A stretch of 64,000 nucleotides of DNA from Thermoplasmata archaeon (GTDB lineage: Archaea; Thermoplasmatota; Thermoplasmata; Lutacidiplasmatales; UBA184), in contig DATJYS010000005.1 of assembly GCA_035499455.1 (NCBI GenBank), forward strand, positions 551,348-615,347, written 5' to 3'. A model generated the notes under the pieces. It did not search any database. It was not told the DNA's origin and was given only the letters and a program-made list of their open reading frames with translations. Of the stretch, positions 9,120 to 17,489 are shown piece after piece (position 1 is the first letter of the stretch; each line of letters begins with the position of its first letter). A program made the translations under genes and the position numbers.

Positions 9120-9963
9120 CGGCTTCCGGCTCGGCGTCTTCTACACGATCATCCGCCCCGAAGAGAAGGCGATCCTTGCCGCGGCGGAGTCCCGCGGGGT
9201 CGACGTCGAGCGTTGGGACGACGGGGAGGTGACGTTCGGGCTTGACCGCCCGGAGCAGCTCCCCGACGTGGTCGTGAACCGCTCGGTGAGCCACACGCGC
9301 TCCGTCTACGCGACCCGGTGCTTCGCCCACTACGGCGTGCCGACGGTGAACGACCCGGAGGTCGTCGAGCTCGCGGGCGACAAGATCCGCACCTCGCTCC
9401 GGCTCGCGGAGCGCGGCGTCCCGACGCCCCGCACCGTCATCGCCCTCTCCGCCGAGGCGGCGATGAAGGCGATCGACCAGATCGGCTACCCGGCGGTGCT
9501 GAAGCCGGCGGTCGGCTCCTGGGGGCGCCTGATGGCGAAGGTCGACTCGCGCGAGGCGGCCGAGCAGATCCTCGAGCACAAGGAGGCGCTCGCCTCCCCC
9601 GTGCACTCCGTCTTCTACGTCCAGGAGTTCGTGCCGAAGCCGGACCGGGACCTTCGGGCGTTCGTCGTCGGGGAGACCGTCGTCGCCGCGATGTTCCGCC
9701 ACTCGAAGGACTGGCGCACGAACGCGGCCCGCGGGGCGACCTCCGAGAACGCCCCGCTGACGCCCGAGCTGACGTCGCTCGCCCTTGCGGCCGCGCACGC
9801 GGTCGGCGGCGGGGTGCTGGCGGTCGACCTGATGGAGTCGCCGTCCGGCCTGGTCGTCCACGAGGTCAACCCGACCCCCGAGTTTCGGGCGCTCGCGGCC
9901 GCCACCGGCGCCGACATCGCCGGGGCGATCGTCGACCACGCGGTCCGGATCGGCCGGAGATGA
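9112..9963 (+). CDS. lysX: LysX/ArgX RimK-type ATP-grasp ligase (amino acid--LysW ligase)
   Basis: RimK-like ATP-grasp ORF starting at GTG 9112, overlapping the lysW 3' end. Classic lysW-lysX adjacency. Confidence 0.8.
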   Translation: MSNGFRLGVFYTIIRPEEKAILAAAESRGVDVERWDDGEVTFGLDRPEQLPDVVVNRSVSHTRSVYATRCFAHYGVPTVNDPEVVELAGDKIRTSLRLAERGVPTPRTVIALSAEAAMKAIDQIGYPAVLKPAVGSWGRLMAKVDSREAAEQILEHKEALASPVHSVFYVQEFVPKPDRDLRAFVVGETVVAAMFRHSKDWRTNAARGATSENAPLTPELTSLALAAAHAVGGGVLAVDLMESPSGLVVHEVNPTPEFRALAAATGADIAGAIVDHAVRIGRR

Positions 9964-10985
9964 AGGTCGCGATCGTCGGCGGTTCGGGCTACGTCGGCGG
10001 GGAGCTCCTCCGCCTCCTGCTCGGCCACCCGGAGGCCGAGATCGCCCAGGTGATCTCGGAGTCGATGGCCGGCAAGGCGGTCGCCCGGGCCCACCCGAAC
10101 CTGCGCAAGCGGACCGACCTGCGCTTCGAACCCCGCTCCGCCCTCGCGCCGGCCGACGTCACATTCGTCGCGTCCCCGCACGGGGAGTCGATGGGAGGGA
10201 TGGGCGAGCTCCTGGCCGGGGGCGGAACGGTGATCGACCTCTCCGCCGACTTCCGTCTCAAAGACGCCCGCGCGTACCCGGAGTACTACGGGCGGGAGCA
10301 CCCGGAGCCCGCCCTGCTCGCGACGAGCGTCCTCGGGCTGCCGGAACTCCATCGGGAGGAGATCCGCACCGCCCGCCTCATCGCCGTCCCCGGATGCATC
10401 GCCACCGCGTCGATCCTCGCCCTGCGACCGATCGCGGCGCTCGACGGGGTCGACCGGCAGCACGTCGTGGTCGACGCGAAGAGCGGTTCGTCGGCGAGCG
10501 GCCGGGACGCGGGTCCGGCGGGCCAGCATGCGGAGCGCTCGGGCGTGATGAGGGCCTACGCGCCGGCCGGGCACCGGCACACGGCGGAGATTGAGCAGGA
10601 GACTGGGGCGCGGGTCGCGCTCTCCTGCCACTCGGTCGAGGCGGTGCGCGGTGTCCTCGCCACGGTCCACGTGCCGACGACCCGCCCGTTCGACGACCGG
10701 GAGCTCTGGACGACGTTCCGCGCCAGCTACGGCGCCGAACCGTTCGTCCGCATCGTCCACGACTCGGACGGGATCTTCCGGGAGCCCGAGCCGAAGATAC
10801 TCTCGGGAACGAACTACTGTGACCTCGGGTTCGCCGTCGACCGGCACGCCGACCGGATCGTGCTTCTGGCCGCGATCGACAACCTCGGGAAGGGGGCGGC
10901 GGGCAACGCGGTGCAGTGCTTCAACCTCCGCGCCGGCCTCCCCGAGACGACCGGCCTCGAGTTCGCCGGGCTGCATCCGATCTAG
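9960..10985 (+). CDS. lysY: LysY/ArgC [LysW]-glutamyl/aminoadipyl-phosphate reductase (N-acetyl-gamma-glutamyl-phosphate reductase family)
   Basis: MKVAIVGGSGYVGGELLRLL Rossmann N-terminus, catalytic Cys context (AVPGCIATASIL) and GKGAAGNAVQ C-terminus. ATG 9960 overlaps the lysX TGA (ATGA). Confidence 0.85.
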   Translation: MKVAIVGGSGYVGGELLRLLLGHPEAEIAQVISESMAGKAVARAHPNLRKRTDLRFEPRSALAPADVTFVASPHGESMGGMGELLAGGGTVIDLSADFRLKDARAYPEYYGREHPEPALLATSVLGLPELHREEIRTARLIAVPGCIATASILALRPIAALDGVDRQHVVVDAKSGSSASGRDAGPAGQHAERSGVMRAYAPAGHRHTAEIEQETGARVALSCHSVEAVRGVLATVHVPTTRPFDDRELWTTFRASYGAEPFVRIVHDSDGIFREPEPKILSGTNYCDLGFAVDRHADRIVLLAAIDNLGKGAAGNAVQCFNLRAGLPETTGLEFAGLHPI

Positions 10986-10996
10986 CGCAGGCCGCG

Positions 10997-11791
10997 ATGA
11001 CGATCGTCGTGAAGATCGGAGGCGCCTCCGGCAACCGAACGGGCTCCGTCCTCGACGAGCTCGCGAAGCACCCGGAGTACGTCCTCGTCCACGGGGGGTC
11101 GGCGGAGGTCGACCGACTGGGCGCGGGGCTCGGTCGCCCGGCCGAGTACTACACGTCGCCGAGCGGGGTCGTCTCCCGCCGGACCGACCCGGCGCACCTC
11201 GAGGTGCTCGTCTACGCGCTCGCCGGGAAGGTCCAGACCGAGCTGGTCGCCGGCCTCGGGGCCCGGGGGGTGCGCGCGGTCGGTCTCTCGGGGGTCGACG
11301 GGCGGCTGCTCCTCGCCCGACGACGGACCGGCGCCCGCGCCGTCGTCGACGGCCGGACGATCCATCTCACGGACGACCTCTCGGGAACGATCGAGCGGGT
11401 CGACGTCGCGCTGCTCGCGACGCTTCGCTCCGCCGGGATCCTGCCGGTCGTCGGGCCGCCCGCCGTGACGGAGGACGGTCAGGTCGTGAACGTCGACGCG
11501 GACCGCGCGGCGTCGTCCATCGCCGCTGCGCTCGGCGCCGAGGCGCTCGTGCTCCTCACCAACGTGCCGGGACTGCTCGAGCGGAAGGAGGACCCGACCT
11601 CCCGCATCGCCCGGATCCCCCGGGACGACGTCGAGCGGTTCCTCCCGCTCGCTGCGGGGCGGATGCGCAAGAAGCTCGTCGCGGCGCGGGACGCGGCCGC
11701 CGCCGGCGTCGGCCGCGTCGTCATCGCCCCCTCGGATCTCGCCGACCCGATCGCCCACGCCCTCGCCGGAGGGGGGACGGTGATCGCGTGA
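10997..11791 (+). CDS. lysZ: LysZ/ArgB [LysW]-amino acid kinase (acetylglutamate kinase family)
   Basis: Amino-acid kinase fold with VVKIGGA and VLVHGGS motifs. ATG at 10997. Confidence 0.85.
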   Translation: MTIVVKIGGASGNRTGSVLDELAKHPEYVLVHGGSAEVDRLGAGLGRPAEYYTSPSGVVSRRTDPAHLEVLVYALAGKVQTELVAGLGARGVRAVGLSGVDGRLLLARRRTGARAVVDGRTIHLTDDLSGTIERVDVALLATLRSAGILPVVGPPAVTEDGQVVNVDADRAASSIAAALGAEALVLLTNVPGLLERKEDPTSRIARIPRDDVERFLPLAAGRMRKKLVAARDAAAAGVGRVVIAPSDLADPIAHALAGGGTVIA

Positions 11792-12942
11792 GCGGACCAG
11801 GGCAGGAGAGGGAGTTCGCCGAAGGGAAGCGCCGCCGCCTCGCGATCGTGCGGGGCCGCGGGGCGCACCTGGTCGACGCCGCGGGCCGGACGTACGTCGA
11901 TCTCGGAGCGACCCACGGCGCCGGCAACCTCGGGAGCTCGGACCCGGAGGTGGTCCGGGCGATCCAGGCGCAGGCCGCGGAGCTGATCTACCTTGGTACC
12001 GGCTGCGCGAACCCGGTCCGCACGGCGTTCCTCGAGAAGCTCACGGGGCTGCTGCCGTCGTCGCTCGGGCGCGTGTTCCTCTCGAATTCGGGCACGGAGG
12101 CCGTCGAGGCAGCGATCAAGATCGCGCGCTCGTCGACGGGGCGCCCGAAGGTCGTCGCCGCGATGCGCGGCTTCCACGGACGGACCTACGGTTCCCTCAG
12201 CGCGACCTGGCGCAAGGAGCTGCGCGCGCCGTTCGAGCCGCTCGTCCCCGAGTTCGTCCACGTCCCGTTCAACGATGCGGCGGCGCTCGCGGCCGCGGTC
12301 GACGAACGAACGGCGCTCGTCCTTCTCGAACCGGTCCAGGGGGAGGGCGGGGTGCACGTCGGGACCCCTGACTTCCTTCGGTCCGCCCGCGAGGCCGCCG
12401 ATCGCGCCGGCGCCCTGCTCGCCTGGGACGAGGTGCAGACCGGGATCGGTCGCACGGGGCGGCTGTTCGCGTTCGAGCACGCCGGCGTCGTGCCGGATAT
12501 CCTCGTGCTGGCGAAGTCGCTGGCCGGCGGGGTGCCCATTGGAGCGACCGTGACGACCGCCGGGGTCGAAGCCCGCTTCCAGGGATCGCACCATTCGACG
12601 TTCGGCGGGAACCCGCTCGCCTGCGCCGCGGGGACCGCCGCCCTCGAGCGGACGGTCCGAGACCGGCTCCCCGAGCGGGCGGCCCGCCTCGGCGGGCGTG
12701 GGCTCGATCGGCTGGCCTCGCTTCCGCCCGAGCGGGTCCGCGAGGTCCGGGGTCTAGGCCTGATGATCGGCATCGAGCTCCGCGACCGGGTCGCGCCCGT
12801 CCTGGAGGCGCTCGAACACAAAGGGTTCCTCGCCCTGCCGGCCGGCGCGACGGTCCTCCGCCTGCTTCCGCCGCTCGTTATCGAGGAGGACGACTGGGCC
12901 GCGGGCCTCGAGGCGATCGCCGAGGTGATCGGCCGTGGATGA
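11788..12942 (+). CDS. lysJ: LysJ/ArgD class-III aminotransferase (acetylornithine/LysW-gamma-semialdehyde transaminase)
   Basis: PLP aminotransferase class III with a conserved PLP-lysine region (ILVLAKSLAGGVPIGA). GTG 11788 overlaps the lysZ TGA (GTGA). Confidence 0.85.
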   Translation: MSGPGQEREFAEGKRRRLAIVRGRGAHLVDAAGRTYVDLGATHGAGNLGSSDPEVVRAIQAQAAELIYLGTGCANPVRTAFLEKLTGLLPSSLGRVFLSNSGTEAVEAAIKIARSSTGRPKVVAAMRGFHGRTYGSLSATWRKELRAPFEPLVPEFVHVPFNDAAALAAAVDERTALVLLEPVQGEGGVHVGTPDFLRSAREAADRAGALLAWDEVQTGIGRTGRLFAFEHAGVVPDILVLAKSLAGGVPIGATVTTAGVEARFQGSHHSTFGGNPLACAAGTAALERTVRDRLPERAARLGGRGLDRLASLPPERVREVRGLGLMIGIELRDRVAPVLEALEHKGFLALPAGATVLRLLPPLVIEEDDWAAGLEAIAEVIGRG

Positions 12943-14005
12943 CGGCCGTCTGCTGGAGCGTCTCGTCGCGCGGTACAGCCCGTCCGGGGCGGAGGCCGGG
13001 GCGGTCCGCGAGTACGTGCGGGCGGCCCGCCGCCTCGGCTATCGGACCCGGATCGACGGCGCGGGGAACGGGATCGCGGTCCGCGGCGCGGGGCGACCCG
13101 AGCTGCTGTTCCTCGGGCACATCGACACGGTGGAGGGCGAACGGCCGGTCCGGCGCGTGCGCGGCCGCATCCACGGCCGCGGCGTGGTCGATGCGAAGGG
13201 GGCCCTCGTCTCCGCGCTCCTCGCCGGGCGGCGCTTCGCCGGCCCCGGGACCCTGCGCATCGTGGCGGCGGTCGGGGAGGAGACCGACAGCCGGGGTGCC
13301 CGACACCTCCTGCGAGGGGCCCGGGCGGACGCGGTGATCGCCGGGGAGCCGAGCGGATGGGACGGCGTGACGATCGGTTACAAGGGGGTATACCGGTGCA
13401 CGGCGACATTCCGCGGACGGCGGAGCCACTACTCCGGCCCTGCTCCCACGGCCGCGGACCTCGCGGTCGATTGGGTCGGCGCGGTGCGGGCCTGGGCGGC
13501 CGAGCATCGGGGGCCTTCGATGTTCCGCTCCCCGACGGTGAAGGTGATCGGTTGGTCGACCGGGCCGGCCGGAGACGCCGAGGAGGCGTCCGTGACGCTC
13601 GACCTCCGGCTACCGCCGGGAATGTCGGTCCGCTCGGTGCGGGAGGCCCTTCCGCGCGAGCCCGGCCGCCCCCTCCTGCGCGCGATCGCGCAGTGCGACC
13701 CGGTCGAGGTCCCTCCCACGAGCCCGGTGGCGAGCGCCCTCGTGAACGCGATCCGCGCCGAGGGGGCCCGTCCCACGCTCTGGCGGAAAGGGGGGACCTC
13801 CGACCTCAACCTGGTCGCGCCCGCGTGGTCGGTGCCGGGGGCGGCGTACGGCCCGGGCGACTCGCGCCTGGACCACACGGCGCGCGAGTCCCTCTCCCTG
13901 GCCGACCTCGCGCGCTCGGTGTCGGTGCTCGAGCGCGCGTTCGCCGAACTGCTCGGCGCGGGGGACCGACCGCCTACCCTTCGACAATCGGGCGGCGGTG
14001 CTTGA
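12935..14005 (+). CDS. lysK: LysK/ArgE M20-family deacylase ([LysW]-ornithine/lysine hydrolase)
   Basis: M20 peptidase motifs (LLFLGHIDTV, GRGVVDAKG, GEETDS). The GTG start overlaps the lysJ 3' end by 8 nt. Confidence 0.8.
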   Translation: MDDGRLLERLVARYSPSGAEAGAVREYVRAARRLGYRTRIDGAGNGIAVRGAGRPELLFLGHIDTVEGERPVRRVRGRIHGRGVVDAKGALVSALLAGRRFAGPGTLRIVAAVGEETDSRGARHLLRGARADAVIAGEPSGWDGVTIGYKGVYRCTATFRGRRSHYSGPAPTAADLAVDWVGAVRAWAAEHRGPSMFRSPTVKVIGWSTGPAGDAEEASVTLDLRLPPGMSVRSVREALPREPGRPLLRAIAQCDPVEVPPTSPVASALVNAIRAEGARPTLWRKGGTSDLNLVAPAWSVPGAAYGPGDSRLDHTARESLSLADLARSVSVLERAFAELLGAGDRPPTLRQSGGGA

Positions 14006-14852
14006 TGAACTCGCCCGAACGAAGCTCGCGCGCCGCGTCGGCGAGCTCGGAGCGGGTGTTCATGACGATCGGGCCGTACCAGGCGACCGGTTCGTGCAGC
14101 GGCCGTCCCGAGACGAGCAGGAACCGCCAGCCGTCCGGACCGGCGCTCGCCTCGACCCCGCCGCCCTCGCCGAACAGCACCGTCTCGCCGGACGCGACCG
14201 ACCGGGAGTCCGTGCCCGCGAACGCCCCGTGGCCTTCGATGCCGTGGGCGAAGACGGTGTGCCCGGCGTGGGGGGACCAGGAGAACCGCTCCCCCGCGGC
14301 CAGTCGGACGTCGAAGTAGCTCGGGTCGACCGGGATCCCACGGACCGGCCCTTCGAGCCGGCCGAACGACCCCGCGACGACCTTGACGGCGCCGCCGGCG
14401 TCGGTCGGCACCTCGGGAATGTCGGTCGCGCCGAGGCCCCGGTAGGCGGGAACGGACATCTTCTCGCGCGCCGGGAGGTTCACCCACAACTGGAAGCCCG
14501 CGAGGTTCGGGTTGTCGCTGCGCTTCGGCATCTCCTGGTGGACGATGCCGCTGCCCGAGTTCATCCACTGGACGTCCCCCGGGCCGATCACGCCGGCGTT
14601 GCCGAGCGTGTCGCCGTGCTCGACGCGGCCGTCGAGCACATACGTCACGGTCTCGATCCCGCGGTGCGGGTGCCACGGAAAGCCGGCCATGTACTCCTCG
14701 GGGTTGGCGGAGCCGAACCGGTCGAGGAGCAGGAACGGATCGAACAGCGGGACCTCGTTGTTCGAGAACGATCGGCGCAGGTGGACCCCGGCGCCCTCGA
14801 GAGTGGGGACCCCCGGGAATCGTCGGACGATGGAACGGAGTGGGTCGGACAT
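13974..14852 (-). CDS. pirin-family cupin protein
   Basis: 292-aa ORF with the bicupin pirin signature (HPHRGIETVTYVLDGRVEHGD). Convergent with lysK, with a 32-nt 3' overlap. Confidence 0.8.
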   Translation of the reverse strand: MSDPLRSIVRRFPGVPTLEGAGVHLRRSFSNNEVPLFDPFLLLDRFGSANPEEYMAGFPWHPHRGIETVTYVLDGRVEHGDTLGNAGVIGPGDVQWMNSGSGIVHQEMPKRSDNPNLAGFQLWVNLPAREKMSVPAYRGLGATDIPEVPTDAGGAVKVVAGSFGRLEGPVRGIPVDPSYFDVRLAAGERFSWSPHAGHTVFAHGIEGHGAFAGTDSRSVASGETVLFGEGGGVEASAGPDGWRFLLVSGRPLHEPVAWYGPIVMNTRSELADAARELRSGEFIKHRRPIVEG

Positions 14853-14853
14853 G

Positions 14854-14872
14854 GAGTTACCTCGCGTAACTC
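14854..14872. promoter_or_regulatory. inverted repeat GAGTTAC-CTCGC-GTAACTC immediately upstream of the pirin start
   Basis: Perfect 7-5-7 palindrome, 2-20 nt upstream of the pirin ATG (14852, minus strand). Confidence 0.4.
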
Positions 14873-14985
14873 AATAACCAAGGGTTACTTAAGGAGTCGG
14901 GGACCGCGGGGTGAGTTGGTGGCCCGGGCGTCGACGTCGGCTCCAAGGAATCCCTGCCGTCCGACCGCGCTCGGCGGCGAGTAAA

Positions 14986-14998
14986 TTCACTCAGTGAA
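14986..14998. promoter_or_regulatory. inverted repeat TTCACT-C-AGTGAA (plus a third GTTCACTGA half-site at 15014..15023) upstream of the ZIP transporter gene
   Basis: Perfect 6-1-6 palindrome next to a TAAATT TATA-like element, about 50-60 nt upstream of the ZIP start. The half-site recurs 20 nt downstream. Confidence 0.45.
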
Positions 14999-15047
14999 CA
15001 CTGCCGTGTAGCAAGTTCACTGACACAACGCTTAAGGCGGGCTCGGT

Positions 15048-15839
15048 GTGCTGGCCTCAGACGCAGCCATGGACGACTTCCTCGTTTTCCTCGGGTTGAC
15101 CGCCCTCATGGGACTCTCGATCTTCCTCTCCCTGCCGATCGTCTACAGCAAGCGGGCGCAGGGGCGTTGGTCCGTCGGTCTGAACGCGGCCGCGATCGGG
15201 ATCCTGATCTTCCTGCTCGGAGACATCTTCTCTGACGTCGCCCCAATCCTCTACCCGAGCGGCTACGTCGCCGACCTCGGCTACTCCGTCGCGTTCGCCG
15301 TAGCGTTCACCGCGGCGTTCCTCGCGCTGCTCGCGGTCGACAACCTGCCGCGGTCTCCCGGGGCCCCGGTCGAGAGCTCACCCCGAACGACGGCGCTCAT
15401 CGTCGCCCTCGGGATCGGTCTCCAGAACCTGACGGAGGGTCTCGTCTTCGGGGTCAGCTGGACCACCGGCGCCATCGGGGTGCTCGCCGTCGTCTTCGTC
15501 GGCTTCTTCCTGCAGAACGTCACCGAGGGATTCCCGATCGCCGCGCCGTTCCTGGGGACCTCCGCGGGTCGACGCCTCCCGGTGATGGCCGGCCTGTTCC
15601 TCGTCGGCGGACTGCCGACCATCGTGGGGGGGATCATCGGCTACCACTGGAGCAACGATCTGTTCCTCGTGGTCTTCGACGCCCTCGCCATCGGCGCGAT
15701 CGTCTACGTGATCCTGCCGATGCTCCGGCTTGCCTTCCGGCCGCTCGAGTCTCGGGAGGCTTCGATGGCTCGGAACCGGCTCGTGTACCTCGGGGTCCTC
15801 GCCGGCTTCGTCCTCGGCTTCGCGGTCAACGCACTGTGA
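15048..15839 (+). CDS. ZIP-family (ZupT-like) divalent metal transporter
   Basis: Multi-TM ORF with ZIP signature GLQNLTEGLVFG and HW/NxTEG elements. Alternative start at Met 15069. Confidence 0.75.
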   Translation: MLASDAAMDDFLVFLGLTALMGLSIFLSLPIVYSKRAQGRWSVGLNAAAIGILIFLLGDIFSDVAPILYPSGYVADLGYSVAFAVAFTAAFLALLAVDNLPRSPGAPVESSPRTTALIVALGIGLQNLTEGLVFGVSWTTGAIGVLAVVFVGFFLQNVTEGFPIAAPFLGTSAGRRLPVMAGLFLVGGLPTIVGGIIGYHWSNDLFLVVFDALAIGAIVYVILPMLRLAFRPLESREASMARNRLVYLGVLAGFVLGFAVNAL

Positions 15840-15910
15840 GGCCCCCGAGGTCCGGCCCTCGTCGGCCGCCGCCCGGGGCCGCTATGTACGCGCTCGGGTC
15901 GTAAGGATCG

Positions 15911-16702
15911 ATGCCGCGAACGGCCCCCACGCCGGTCGTCTCGGTCCAGGTGATGCAGGCCCTCGTCGCCCGCGAGCTCGTCGAAGGGTTCGGGCTCTCC
16001 GAGCGACGCGCGGCGAAGCTCCTGGGACTCGTCCCATCGTCGGTCTCGCAGTACCTCTCGGGGAAGCGCCTCGGGCCCACGCTCTCGGTCTACCTCGCGG
16101 ACGAAGCGGCCCGCCAGATCGCCCACGAGGCGGCCCAAAAGCTGGTCGACGGCGGGTCCCACGCGATCCTGGAAGCTGCGGTCGCCTTCGAGGAGCGGTT
16201 CGGCCACGCTCCCGCGGGGTCCGAGCGCAGCCGCTCTTCCGCGCTCTCTCCAGCGCTCGTCCGAAAAGTGCCGGGGTGGCTCCGAAACCGGATCGCGGGA
16301 GAGCAGAACGCGGTCGCGGAGTGCATGCGGCTCGCCCAGCGCTCCAAGGACGAGCTGACGCGCGCCCTGTTCCGCCAGATCGCGTCCGACAGCCTGCGGC
16401 ACGCCGAGATCGTCGCCTCCTTGGCCGCGAACCTCGACCGGGGGATCGCGGCAACCCCCCCGACCGGGATCACCCGCAGCGACGTCGAGCATCTGATCCA
16501 ACGCGAGCGGGATGCGGAGGCGACGAGCGAGGTCGATCTCGGTCCGGAGCTCGGGGGGATCATGCGGGTCCTCTGGGACAGCATGGAGGCGGACGAACGA
16601 AAGCACGAGATCCTGCTCGGCAAGCTCCTCGAATCGGCGGACACCCCGTCGGTCGGGCGGGCGAACGGCCGACCCCGCCGGGCGCGACCCGCCCGCCGAT
16701 GA
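15911..16702 (+). CDS. putative transcriptional regulator: N-terminal XRE-like HTH fused to a ferritin/rubrerythrin-like four-helix domain
   Basis: HTH-like region (ERRAAKLLGLVPSSVSQYLSGKR). Paired E...H motifs in the C-terminal half (SLRHAEIVASL, ADERKHEILLGKL) suggest a di-metal ferritin-like fold. Assignment is tentative. Confidence 0.35.
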   Translation: MPRTAPTPVVSVQVMQALVARELVEGFGLSERRAAKLLGLVPSSVSQYLSGKRLGPTLSVYLADEAARQIAHEAAQKLVDGGSHAILEAAVAFEERFGHAPAGSERSRSSALSPALVRKVPGWLRNRIAGEQNAVAECMRLAQRSKDELTRALFRQIASDSLRHAEIVASLAANLDRGIAATPPTGITRSDVEHLIQRERDAEATSEVDLGPELGGIMRVLWDSMEADERKHEILLGKLLESADTPSVGRANGRPRRARPARR

Positions 16703-17283
16703 GCCCCGCCGCCCGCCGCGCCTCCCGTCGTCCCGACCGCGGGGACGAGCCGGCCGAGTGGGTCGTCCTCCTGAAGGGCGGCAACACGGGAGGGAACGTG
16801 TTCCGACCCAGCCTGTTGCCGAAGGCGCTGCCGCGCCTCGGCCTCGTCAGCCTCGGGGCGGCGGGGACGTTCGTAGCGGCGTCCCGGGAGAGCCCCTCCG
16901 CGATCCGCACAGCGATCGCCCACGCACTGCCGTTCCGGTCCGCTATCATGGTGGTCCCGGCCACGGAGATCCGGCGGATGCTCCGCCTCGACCCCGCGGC
17001 CGGGCTGGACGACGCGGACGGGACCCGGAAGTTCCTCACGGTCGCCGAGCGCCCGCTCCCGGCAGGCCGGCCGCTGCCGATCGCGGCCCCGGAACGGGGC
17101 CGCTGGGCGGTGCGGATCGTCGCGACCGACGGCCCGTTCGCTGCCGGGGTCTGCCGTCGGATCGGGCCGCAGGTGATCTACCCCAACACGATCGTCGAGC
17201 GGGAGTTCGGAGTGCCGGCGACGACCCGCTGGTGGGAGACGTTCGAAGCGCTCTGCCGCCGGTTCAGGGCGTCCGATCCGTGA
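16699..17283 (+). CDS. DUF1697-family protein
   Basis: VVLLKGGNTGGNVFRPSLL resembles the DUF1697 N-terminal LLRGINVGGxNKV motif. Its ATG overlaps the stop of the upstream regulator (ATGA). Confidence 0.5.
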   Translation: MSPAARRASRRPDRGDEPAEWVVLLKGGNTGGNVFRPSLLPKALPRLGLVSLGAAGTFVAASRESPSAIRTAIAHALPFRSAIMVVPATEIRRMLRLDPAAGLDDADGTRKFLTVAERPLPAGRPLPIAAPERGRWAVRIVATDGPFAAGVCRRIGPQVIYPNTIVEREFGVPATTRWWETFEALCRRFRASDP

Positions 17284-17456
17284 ACATCCCCGCACCCTCG
17301 CCGGTCGGGAAGTTCCCGTCGCACGGGGGAGGGGACGGCGCGCCGGCCGGCGAGGCAGGCCGAGGGGGGAGCGTGGCGACCACGGACGGCCGTTCGCAGG
17401 TGTCCGGGGCGAACTCGGCGGCCCGGGGAACGACGGATGGATAACGGCGTCCGGTC

Positions 17457-17468
17457 AAGATTATGTAT
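17457..17468 (+). promoter_or_regulatory. TATA-like element AAGATTATGTAT for a leaderless transcript of the repeat protein gene
   Basis: The only AT-rich patch in the 200-nt upstream region, centred about 27 nt upstream of ATG 17490. Confidence 0.4.
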
Positions 17469-17489
17469 CGAGACACCCCTTGCGCCGGC

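Noticed and set aside
8035-9939. 634-aa ORF on the minus strand antisense to argH/lysW/lysX
   Set aside because: Low-complexity Arg/Gly/Asp-rich translation. It overlaps three well-supported co-directional genes.
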